Source of the DNA: Candidatus Iainarchaeum sp.
GTDB lineage: Archaea > Iainarchaeota > Iainarchaeia > Iainarchaeales > GCA-2688035
Length of the DNA stretch: 11,355 nucleotides
NCBI GenBank assembly: GCA_017610205.1
Contig: JAFCCL010000017.1
Location: 1 to 11,355, forward strand
Direction: 5' to 3'
Every line of letters starts with the position of its first letter. Position 1 is the first letter of the stretch. The notes under the pieces are model-generated. The model did no database searches. It saw nothing but the letters and a program-made list of their open reading frames with translations, and was not told the DNA's origin. The translations under genes were made by a program, and so were the position numbers. This document shows positions 1 to 6,663 of the stretch, piece after piece.

Positions 1-61
1 GGTGGCAGTTTGACTCACCAACTGTATGATTATAACTTGTTAGCTTGATTCCTGTTTTCAT
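1..61 (-). CDS. tnpA: IS200/IS605-family Y1 (HUH) transposase TnpA, N-terminal fragment running off the left edge
   Basis: Manual translation from the minus-strand ATG at 61 gives MKTGIKLTSYNHTVGESNCH..., resembling the 'S.H.V....YH' N-terminus of IS200 TnpA. An AGGAG RBS lies at 79-75, inside an IS200/IS605-type end hairpin. Only 20 codons are visible and the HUH motif is outside the window. Confidence 0.62.
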   Translation of the reverse strand, partial: MKTGIKLTSYNHTVGESNCH

Positions 62-216
62 GATTTTTTTTCAACTCCTGAGCAAACAGAAACCTTTTTC
101 TACAGCTACCACTAGATAGATTAATAAGTAAAGTGTGTGCCGCCGTAAGGCAGCCACGCCGTATAGGTTCTGTTTTCTCAATACTATTTTTGTTTAAACT
201 TATAGAAATAGCTGCA

Positions 217-246
217 TTAAGGGGAAAATCTGGCTTTTCCCCTTAA
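217..246. repeat. Perfect 12-bp inverted repeat inside the IS left end
   Basis: TTAAGGGGAAAA (217-228), loop TCTGGC, TTTTCCCCTTAA (235-246). Confidence 0.9.
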
Positions 247-261
247 CAACCCCTTACCAAT

Positions 262-307
262 TGCCTCGATTCATCTGCCCGCTAAAGCAGGCAGGTTTCT
301 CTCGGCA
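262..307 (-). repeat. IS200/IS605-type subterminal hairpin (putative TnpA binding site)
   Basis: Minus strand GAAACCTGCCTGC-TTTA-GCGGGCAGATGAAT fits the GAAAC(C)-stem-TTTA-stem-GATGAAT pattern typical of IS200/IS605 ends. It has an outer TGCC/GGCA pairing. Confidence 0.7.
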
Positions 308-312
308 CGGGA

Positions 313-534
313 CTAAAAAACAAAGACAAAGTAAAATTCTCCGATTCCGTAGATAAAGACATTTTTGTTGAATTTATTTTTACCTCGTTGGAAGAAGAGC
401 TTAAAGAATTCTTCAGCAATGACTGGAAATGTATTAAACAAGCTAGAAGAGCTAGTAATGAGTTGGCTCTAGAGCACGTAACTTTTGAGCACATAAAACC
501 TTTGGAAAAGAAGCCGTATTATGAACTCAACTGA
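313..534 (+). pseudogene. Start-less 3' gene remnant, probably truncated by the IS insertion
   Basis: Open frame LKNKDKVKFSDSVDKDIFVEFIFTSLEEELKEFFSNDWKCIKQARRASNELALEHVTFEHIKPLEKKPYYELN* has protein-like composition and no ATG. The upstream in-frame stop (283-285) lies inside the IS hairpin. Confidence 0.4.
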
Positions 535-694
535 TTGCAAACCCCAAAGTTCATAAAAATATAGGAACTAGCTAAGCCTTGAGGCTAGCCTTAAGCTTCT
601 CGGTATAAGCATTAACCGCCAAACCTGCTAGAACCCCTTTTCCAAAATTCTTCAAAGGAGCCACTGGAGAAAAGCCAAGAAAAAAGTGATACCT

Positions 695-841
695 TCAAGG
701 AAGCTCTTTAATCTTAATGTCGCTATCAACACATACAACAAAAACAAGGTGCTGGCCTTTGTTCCATTGCTTGAACCTAACAAGCAAGGAAAGAACAGTT
801 ATGTGAACGCGCTGTTTTCCGTCAAACTGCAACTTAACCAT
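695..841 (-). CDS. Small AbrB/MazE/SpoVT-like DNA-binding protein (48 aa, possibly degenerate)
   Basis: Manual translation MVKLQFDGKQRVHITVLSLLVRFKQWNKGQHLVFVVCVDSDIKIKELP* follows the 'MVKLQ...ITxP...WxKGxxLxF....DIxIK' pattern of archaeal AbrB-like proteins. The conserved Pro is replaced by Leu. Confidence 0.55.
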   Translation of the reverse strand: MVKLQFDGKQRVHITVLSLLVRFKQWNKGQHLVFVVCVDSDIKIKELP

Positions 842-1104
842 TTCTATTTCTGCCTATAGGTTTTTATGCAAATTGGTGCAAGTAAGTTAATAATTCTGCT
901 GGGGGTACAAAAGAAAGCAAGCAGGGAAATTTAACTCAGAAGCAGATGCCCAGCCTGGGCAAATTTCTTTTAATCCCACAAACAAAATATTTGCAATGCA
1001 CACTGCAGAAAACAAGTAAATTAAACAAAACCGTTTATAGTCCATTCAGGGCAATTTTTCTTTAATTATTTAACCCTTTCCCCATAATTATCTTACTGTT
1101 TCTT

Positions 1105-1704
1105 ATGTCAAAGATTACTGCAAAGATAAAGGAATCTGTTGCCGGCACAATTGACAGGACTACTCATCTTGATGTTGCAGGCGCAACACAGGTTATTGCA
1201 CAAAAGCTTGGTTTGAATAAGAGAATGATTAATTATACTCATGTTGAATTAAGAAACAAGCTTAATGAATACGGGTTTAAGGCAACTCCCTACAATGAAC
1301 GGATTCTTTTTTTGCCGCATTGTCTTAGAAACAGCAAGGAATGCAAAGCAAAATACAGTGAGGAGGGATTGCAGTGTAAAAAGTGCGGAAAATGCGATAT
1401 TGGAGAGCTTATTGAAATTGCAAAAGAATTGGGTTATGCAAAGACTTTTGTTGTTCCAGGAGGAAGCATGGTTACAAAGCTTGTGAAAAAGTACAAGCCA
1501 AGTGCAACAGTTGGAGTGTGCTGTTATCAGGAGGCAAACCTTGCATTTGACAATTTTAAGGGAACCGGAATTCACACACAGGCGTGCCTTTTGTTAAACG
1601 ACGGGTGCAAGGATACAAAGGCAAATATTGCAGAAGTAAGGGAAAAAACGGAATTAATTGACAAAAAGCTTTTGGAAGGAAATTCAAAAGCATTAAAAAA
1701 GTAA
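1105..1704 (+). CDS. DUF116 family Cys-rich (metal-binding) protein
   Basis: Motifs LPHCLR, C..C..CGKC, VPGGS, GVCC..E and LLNDGCKDT are characteristic of DUF116. An AT-rich TATA-like element lies at about 1061-1073. Confidence 0.85.
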   Translation: MSKITAKIKESVAGTIDRTTHLDVAGATQVIAQKLGLNKRMINYTHVELRNKLNEYGFKATPYNERILFLPHCLRNSKECKAKYSEEGLQCKKCGKCDIGELIEIAKELGYAKTFVVPGGSMVTKLVKKYKPSATVGVCCYQEANLAFDNFKGTGIHTQACLLLNDGCKDTKANIAEVREKTELIDKKLLEGNSKALKK

Positions 1705-1739
1705 AGTTGGCTAATTATTTTATTGGAAAAAAAGCTTTT

Positions 1740-1812
1740 GCCCTCGTAGCTCAGTGGCTAGAGCACGAGTTTTGTAAACTCGGGGTCGCCGGTTCGAATC
1801 CGGCCGAGGGCT
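1740..1812 (+). tRNA. tRNA-Thr(TGT), intronless, no encoded CCA
   Basis: Acceptor GCCCTCG/CGAGGGC, D arm GCTC/GAGC, anticodon stem CGAGT/ACTCG with TGT at 1773-1775, T arm GCCGG-TTCGAAT-CCGGC. Confidence 0.97.
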
Positions 1813-1819
1813 TTTTTTT
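1812..1819 (+). terminator. Oligo-T archaeal terminator after tRNA-Thr
   Basis: A T8 run begins at the discriminator position. Confidence 0.6.
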
Positions 1820-1957
1820 ATAAAAAGTTTAGCGGCTTATTCTACGTGAGCTTTTGCTTCCAACACGTCTCATTTTTCATGTGAAAACAGATAATTTTGT
1901 TTTGTCAAAAATAGTAGTTTTAGGTATTGATTTTCTTACGCTAGCCATTTATTTCAG

Positions 1958-3544
1958 CTAACTGTCTTTGGAAAAATTTTTGTAGGTTTTTTCATATAGT
2001 TCGTCTTTTAACGCATTTTTGTCCCTTTTATAAAATTCCTTTTTGAGTCTGTGGCCAGTGTTTTTTTCCCATTGTTTTATTGACATTCCAAACTCTTTTT
2101 GGATTTTGTCACGGTATAATTCAGGAAGTACATTGAATGCACAGAATGGAACAATTGGGTGTTTTACACTGGGGGTTGCATAGTGAATTGCACAGTTTTG
2201 AACCCTTTGAATGTCATAGTTGTACAAGTCCATGAAATGCATCATTCCAATAAAAAGGCTTTTGTGGTGAAATGCTGAAAGTGCCCTGTAGTCATGTTTT
2301 ACCAGTACATCAAAAAGGATTTTTGTAAAATTCATTCCTTTTGGAGCTTTGCTTTCATCAATTAATGATTTGAATTTAAAAAGACTTTTGGCCCCAACAA
2401 GGTATTTGTTTTTTCCGTTTTCCATTTCCTGCCCTTGCTCGTTTAGGAATTCGACAAAACCCTCAATGTCCAAAAACCTTGTGATTGGCATCATTTTATT
2501 TCCCTCTTTGAAAACATAGGTTGCCATTCCACAGGCAAAGTGGGCGGACAGTTCATACTGTGGTTTGTTCCTTAAATGCTCTATGAATTTTGCAACAGGA
2601 ACTGCTGTGGGCACCGGAAAAAAATCTTCGACAGTTAGTTGGGCATTTGTTTGCTCTTCAATTTTTTCGATTACGTCCGGAATTGTAATTCTGTATTTTG
2701 CCCGTTCATTTCTTGGCATTTGACCAACAAGGGAAACAGGCTGGTAATTCACCCCTCTTATTATGTCAATGTTTTCAAAGCTAAAGCGCAATATATCCCC
2801 TATCTCGTAATCGTTTACACCGTTTATTACTGTTGGAACAAGCACTATGCCAAGCCCTGCTTCCCTGCAGTTGTCCAAAACCCTTGGGATTTCAAAATGG
2901 TTTTTTGGATTTGCTTTTTCTGTTACTCCATCAAAACTAAGATAAAGGTTGTTTGTACCGGCATGCCTTAGTCTGGCTGCAAACTTTGGATCTGTTGCAA
3001 GCTTTATTCCATTTGTATTAACCTGAATATGGTCAAAACCCATTGCCTTAATATCCTGAATTATATCCAGCAAATCTTTCCTCAAAGCCGGTTCGCCCCC
3101 GGTAATCTGCACAGCATTTCCCGGAACAGGCCTTTCGTCTTTGATGCGCTTTAGCATATCCCTAATTTGTTGCCTTGAAGGTTCGTAAACATATCCTGCT
3201 TTTTGAGCATAAAAAAAGCAATACCAACAGTTTAAGTCACATCTATTTGTAAGTACAACATTTGTAAGAGAACTGTTTGTGTTATGCAAAGAACAAAGCC
3301 CACAGCTTTTAGGGCATTCTATTTTGCCTTTTACATTTGGATTTTTAACACCACTTCCTTTTGCTGCAAACTTTTTGGCTCTTTTGTACATTTTGTAGCT
3401 GGACCAGTAAAGTTCTTTGAAAGAACCATGCTTTGGGCAGGTTTTTTCAATAAATACTTTTCCATTTTCAGCAAAAATGGTTGCAGGCAGGATATCAATG
3501 CATTCCGGGCAAAGACTGGTGGTTTTTCTGATTTCCTCTCTCAT
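1958..3544 (-). CDS. tes: Radical SAM tetraether lipid synthase Tes (GDGT macrocyclase, MJ0619 family)
   Basis: N-terminal rubredoxin-like CPEC...CPKH, auxiliary CPKSCGLCSLH, radical-SAM CDLNCWYC, TGGEP, NTNG, YLSFDG, and C-terminal HFAC / CAIHYATP / PFCAFN. Length 528 aa. AAGGAG RBS at 3560-3555. Confidence 0.85.
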   Translation of the reverse strand: MREEIRKTTSLCPECIDILPATIFAENGKVFIEKTCPKHGSFKELYWSSYKMYKRAKKFAAKGSGVKNPNVKGKIECPKSCGLCSLHNTNSSLTNVVLTNRCDLNCWYCFFYAQKAGYVYEPSRQQIRDMLKRIKDERPVPGNAVQITGGEPALRKDLLDIIQDIKAMGFDHIQVNTNGIKLATDPKFAARLRHAGTNNLYLSFDGVTEKANPKNHFEIPRVLDNCREAGLGIVLVPTVINGVNDYEIGDILRFSFENIDIIRGVNYQPVSLVGQMPRNERAKYRITIPDVIEKIEEQTNAQLTVEDFFPVPTAVPVAKFIEHLRNKPQYELSAHFACGMATYVFKEGNKMMPITRFLDIEGFVEFLNEQGQEMENGKNKYLVGAKSLFKFKSLIDESKAPKGMNFTKILFDVLVKHDYRALSAFHHKSLFIGMMHFMDLYNYDIQRVQNCAIHYATPSVKHPIVPFCAFNVLPELYRDKIQKEFGMSIKQWEKNTGHRLKKEFYKRDKNALKDELYEKTYKNFSKDS

Positions 3545-3630
3545 TTAAAAGCAACTCCTTGATTTTAATAATTGTGGGAAGAATTTAAGAGCGTTTTGGC
3601 AAAGCAAAGTTTGGTAAAAAAAGGACAAGC

Positions 3631-3666
3631 TTTAAAAACAAGTTAGGGCATATTTTTCTTTGGTGA
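3631..3666 (+). promoter_or_regulatory. TATA box and GGTGA ribosome-binding site for the 3672 ORF
   Basis: TTTAAAAA at 3631-3638 and GGTGA at 3662-3666, with the ATG at 3672. Confidence 0.5.
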
Positions 3667-3671
3667 GTTAA

Positions 3672-4115
3672 ATGGATGACGTTATTCAGTTTATTGCAAA
3701 TTATTCAGATTGGAAATCTATTAAAAAGCTCAAAATTGAAGCTGCAACAGAGCCAAAAACAATAATGGAATTTTTGGCTTCTTTGGAGACAGGAATTGAC
3801 AGAAAAATAGAGGGCAATTTGAGAAAAATTGTTGAATTGAACAGGGTTGACGCTGCAATTGCCGAACTTGGATTAAGCAAGGGAAAGGAAAACATTGCCT
3901 CTGCAATTGCCGATGTAAGCGGAAGGAAGGTTAATTCTGTTATAAAAGAAATTTGCTCAAAACCCGAATTGCAGAAAAACGAGCAAAAGGAATTGATTGG
4001 ATTTTGCAAAGTTTATGCAATGAGAAAGGCTTTGAATGAAACCGAGTTGTTTGTAGATTACATTTCGGTCAATATTCCGGGCATGAAGAGAATGATGAAG
4101 AAAAAAAAGGCTTAA
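3672..4115 (+). CDS. Archaeal DUF2666-like protein
   Basis: The N-terminus IQFIANYSDWKSIKKLKI...IMEFLASL and the basic C-terminal IPGMKRMMKKKKA resemble DUF2666 proteins (recognised from memory, not searched). The RBS is good. Confidence 0.65.
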   Translation: MDDVIQFIANYSDWKSIKKLKIEAATEPKTIMEFLASLETGIDRKIEGNLRKIVELNRVDAAIAELGLSKGKENIASAIADVSGRKVNSVIKEICSKPELQKNEQKELIGFCKVYAMRKALNETELFVDYISVNIPGMKRMMKKKKA

Positions 4116-4142
4116 ATAGAAAAAAAGCGATTTGTTTTTGCA

Positions 4143-5039
4143 ATGAGCATACTTTTTGTAATAGAACAATTTGATTACGCATTTCTGCAGGCAGTGCAGG
4201 CAGGCATTAACCCACTGTTTACCATAATAATGCTTGCAATAACTTTTTTGGGAAACCCTATTTTTTGGATTGTGATTGCTGCAGCATTGTATTGGAGAGG
4301 CCAGGAAAACAGGGGGTTTTTCATGATGAACTTGGTGGTATTTGCTTCAGCCGTAGCCGGAGGCCTAAAATATGCTTTTGTAAGACCAAGACCTTCAGCT
4401 TCGGATTTTAATGTAATGACAGGTGATGGATATAACACATATAGCTTTCCAAGCGGACACTCCACAATAATTGCAGCAGCATTTGCCTACTGTTATAACA
4501 TGATTGAAAAACGCTGGAAGGTAATTTTTGCAATGGTTGTTGTACTGGTTGCATACAGTAGAATGTACCTTGGAATGCATTATTTTACAGACGTAATTGC
4601 AGGAATTGTAATAGGCCTTGTAATTGGAAAACTCAATCTTGTTGCAAGAAACAAATTGTTTCACAAAAACTTTAAGCCAAGCAAGCTTGAAGACGAACTT
4701 GCCCTGGTAGCATTAATTGCGGTTGCAGTTTTGGGTGTAATGTTTTTAAGGTCCTTTCCAATGGCAGGCATGTTTATTGGATTTTATGCAGGATTTTTCC
4801 TATTCAAAGAAAGGGAAGCAAGCCAAAGCATTCTTTTGAAAAAAATGCTTGCTGCAAAATATGCAGTTGGCTTTGCTTTGCTGGGAGGAATTGGGTTGGT
4901 TGGAGAAGAAATTGTTTCAATTGGATTTGTTCTTACAGTTCCTCAGATATTCGTATTATACGCTTTTGGCGGTTTTTGGATTTCATGGCTTTGGCCAATG
5001 CTGTTTGAAAAAGCCTTTATAGCCAAAACAATAGCTTAA
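4143..5039 (+). CDS. PAP2-superfamily integral membrane phosphatase
   Basis: All three catalytic motifs are present: KYAFVRPRP, SFPSGH and SRMYLGMHYFTDV. There are multiple hydrophobic helices. Confidence 0.92.
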   Translation: MSILFVIEQFDYAFLQAVQAGINPLFTIIMLAITFLGNPIFWIVIAAALYWRGQENRGFFMMNLVVFASAVAGGLKYAFVRPRPSASDFNVMTGDGYNTYSFPSGHSTIIAAAFAYCYNMIEKRWKVIFAMVVVLVAYSRMYLGMHYFTDVIAGIVIGLVIGKLNLVARNKLFHKNFKPSKLEDELALVALIAVAVLGVMFLRSFPMAGMFIGFYAGFFLFKEREASQSILLKKMLAAKYAVGFALLGGIGLVGEEIVSIGFVLTVPQIFVLYAFGGFWISWLWPMLFEKAFIAKTIA

Positions 5040-5145
5040 AATAGATTCGCTGAATAAATTAATTAGTGCAAGCAATAGCAAGCACATGGTATCAAGCGAC
5101 CGAAGGGAGCGAAGATAGCATTCGTACCTGCCGGACGTGACGGCG

Positions 5146-5285
5146 CCCGCCTTAGCTCAGTAGTTAGAGCGCTCGGCTGTAGTTTTTTTAATACTTCCAG
5201 AAAATGGGAGCAAGCATTCATTTTGAATGTACTGCTTGCAAAAGCAGTTACCGAGAGGTCCCCGGTGCAGATCCGGGAGGCGGGA
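5146..5285 (+). tRNA. tRNA-Tyr(GTA) with a 67-nt intron at position 37/38
   Basis: Acceptor CCCGCCT/AGGCGGG with C1-G72 and A73 (archaeal Tyr identity). D stem GCTC/GAGC, anticodon stem CTCGG/CCGAG, anticodon GTA at 5179-5181, short variable loop AGGTC, T stem CCCGG/CCGGG. Confidence 0.93.
5183..5249 (+). other. tRNA intron with bulge-helix-bulge splice motif
   Basis: Central helix CTGT (5177-5180) with GCAG (5244-5247), 3-nt bulges AG|T and TT|A, and outer helix TTTT (5184-5187) with AAAA (5240-5243). Internal hairpins are CTTCCA/TGGGAG and GCAAGCA/TGCTTGC. Confidence 0.9.
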
Positions 5286-5355
5286 TTAGCCCAGCAAGTA
5301 GCACCCCCTTAGGTTAATAAATACATAGGTTGCTATAGTATCTATAGGTGGTGCT

Positions 5356-6663
5356 ATGGCACTTGATTTGGACATTTACCATTCAGCAGAACAGTTGGAA
5401 AAAGGGTTTGCTACACTTGTTCTACGCAACGGCTTCAGGAAAAAGAACATTGAGGATATTACCAATTTCCTGAACGACATGGCTGCCCTGGGAGTAAAGC
5501 CAATTCGATTGAAGAAGCAGCTGTATGTTTTGAGGAAGATTACTGGGCTGTTAAAAAAACCTTATAGAGCCTGTGATAAAAAAAGATCTAATGGAGCTTT
5601 GCCAGGGAGATCGATTCCGTCAAAAGCCACAGCGAGTGGACAAAATACGACAGAAAGGTTGTTTGTCTTAAAACGCTTTTACAAGTGGCTGAATGGCGAT
5701 GAAGAGTATCCGCAAAGCATTAAATGGCTTAAGCTCAAAGACCCGAAAAATAGCATTCTTCCAGAAGAACTGCTGACAGAAGAGGAAGTAATCAAGGCTG
5801 TTGAGACTGCAAAGTATTTGAGGGACAAGACATTTATTTATACCTTGTATGAAAGCGGTTGCAGGATTGGCGAACTGCTCACTCTGCAAATCAAGAATGT
5901 TTCTTTTGGGGAACATGTTACTTCCCTTATTGTTGCAGGCAAAACCGGGCAGAGGATGGTTCCGCTTATTTCTTCCACTTCCTATTTGTCTATGTGGCTC
6001 TCAATGCACCCTTTCAAGGACAATCCTGATGCTCCATTGTGGACAAAGATTGTTGACAAATGGCACCCACAAAGCATGGGTGTATTAAGCTATAAGGGAG
6101 CCCAGAAAATGCTGCGGGTTGCTTTCAAGAGAGCTGAAATAAGAAAAAGACCTAATCCACACTTGTTTAGGCACAGCAGGGCAACAATTCTTGCAAAACA
6201 TTTGACCGAAGCGCAGTTGAAAGAGTATTTTGGCTGGACTCAGGCAAGCGACATGGCTTTACGCTATATCCACCTTTCAGGAAGGGATGTAGATAGTGCA
6301 ATACTGAAACTGCATGGGATTAAAGTTGAGGAATCAGAGGAAGAAATGAAGCTGCACCAGGTCAAGTGCCCAAGGTGCAAGGAGGAAAACCCTTCCAATT
6401 TCTCTTTGTGCAAAAGGTGCGGTGCAGCTTTGAATCCAAGAATTGCTATGGATGCAGGGGAGAACAGGCAGGGCATGGCCTTGGGGGTCATGCAGTCAAT
6501 TCTCAGGGATTTCCAGAAATTGCAGGGTAAAGGAATTGATTTGCAGCAATTCAACGAGTTTATTGAGGAATGGGCTAATTCAGACAGGCAATTGCCGAAA
6601 CAAGCCAATGTTTTAAAAGCCGAGGGCAACGGCAATGTTATTGCAAGGGAGCTGGTTAAATGA
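5356..6663 (+). CDS. Tyrosine recombinase/integrase with C-terminal zinc ribbon
   Basis: Catalytic residues: R in ESGCRIGE, K in GKTG, HLFRH, W in FGW, Y in RYIH. Zn ribbon CPRC...CKRC. GGTGGTG RBS just upstream. Confidence 0.92.
   Translation: MALDLDIYHSAEQLEKGFATLVLRNGFRKKNIEDITNFLNDMAALGVKPIRLKKQLYVLRKITGLLKKPYRACDKKRSNGALPGRSIPSKATASGQNTTERLFVLKRFYKWLNGDEEYPQSIKWLKLKDPKNSILPEELLTEEEVIKAVETAKYLRDKTFIYTLYESGCRIGELLTLQIKNVSFGEHVTSLIVAGKTGQRMVPLISSTSYLSMWLSMHPFKDNPDAPLWTKIVDKWHPQSMGVLSYKGAQKMLRVAFKRAEIRKRPNPHLFRHSRATILAKHLTEAQLKEYFGWTQASDMALRYIHLSGRDVDSAILKLHGIKVEESEEEMKLHQVKCPRCKEENPSNFSLCKRCGAALNPRIAMDAGENRQGMALGVMQSILRDFQKLQGKGIDLQQFNEFIEEWANSDRQLPKQANVLKAEGNGNVIARELVK

Larger units (their letters stand above)
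1..312 (-). mobile_element. Left portion of an IS200/IS605-family insertion sequence
   Basis: The minus strand reads TTTTTTAG-TCCCGTGCCGAGAGAAACCTGCCTGCTTTAGCGGGCAGATGAATCGAGGCA, followed by further hairpins and the tnpA start. The boundary near 312 is inferred from the abrupt truncation of a plus-strand reading frame. Confidence 0.62.

Noticed and set aside
1-15. GGTGGCAGTTTGACT resembles 23S rRNA or a TnpB/IscB element end, and GTCAAACTGC recurs in inverted orientation at 821-830
   Set aside because: The similarity stops after about 15 nt. Both sites are better explained as coding sequence (tnpA SNCH, AbrB LQFD).
282-494. 70-aa minus-strand ORF
   Set aside because: It is an antisense shadow of the more protein-like plus frame at 313-534 and runs into the IS hairpin.
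860-1060. Short ORFs on both strands and the TGCCCAG-C-CTGGGCA palindrome at about 947-960
   Set aside because: No RBS or recognisable motif. A single short palindrome is not enough support.
5183-5249. Possible C/D-box guide RNA or ORF within the tRNA intron
   Set aside because: No RUGAUGA or CUGA boxes are present, and it is too short for a homing endonuclease.
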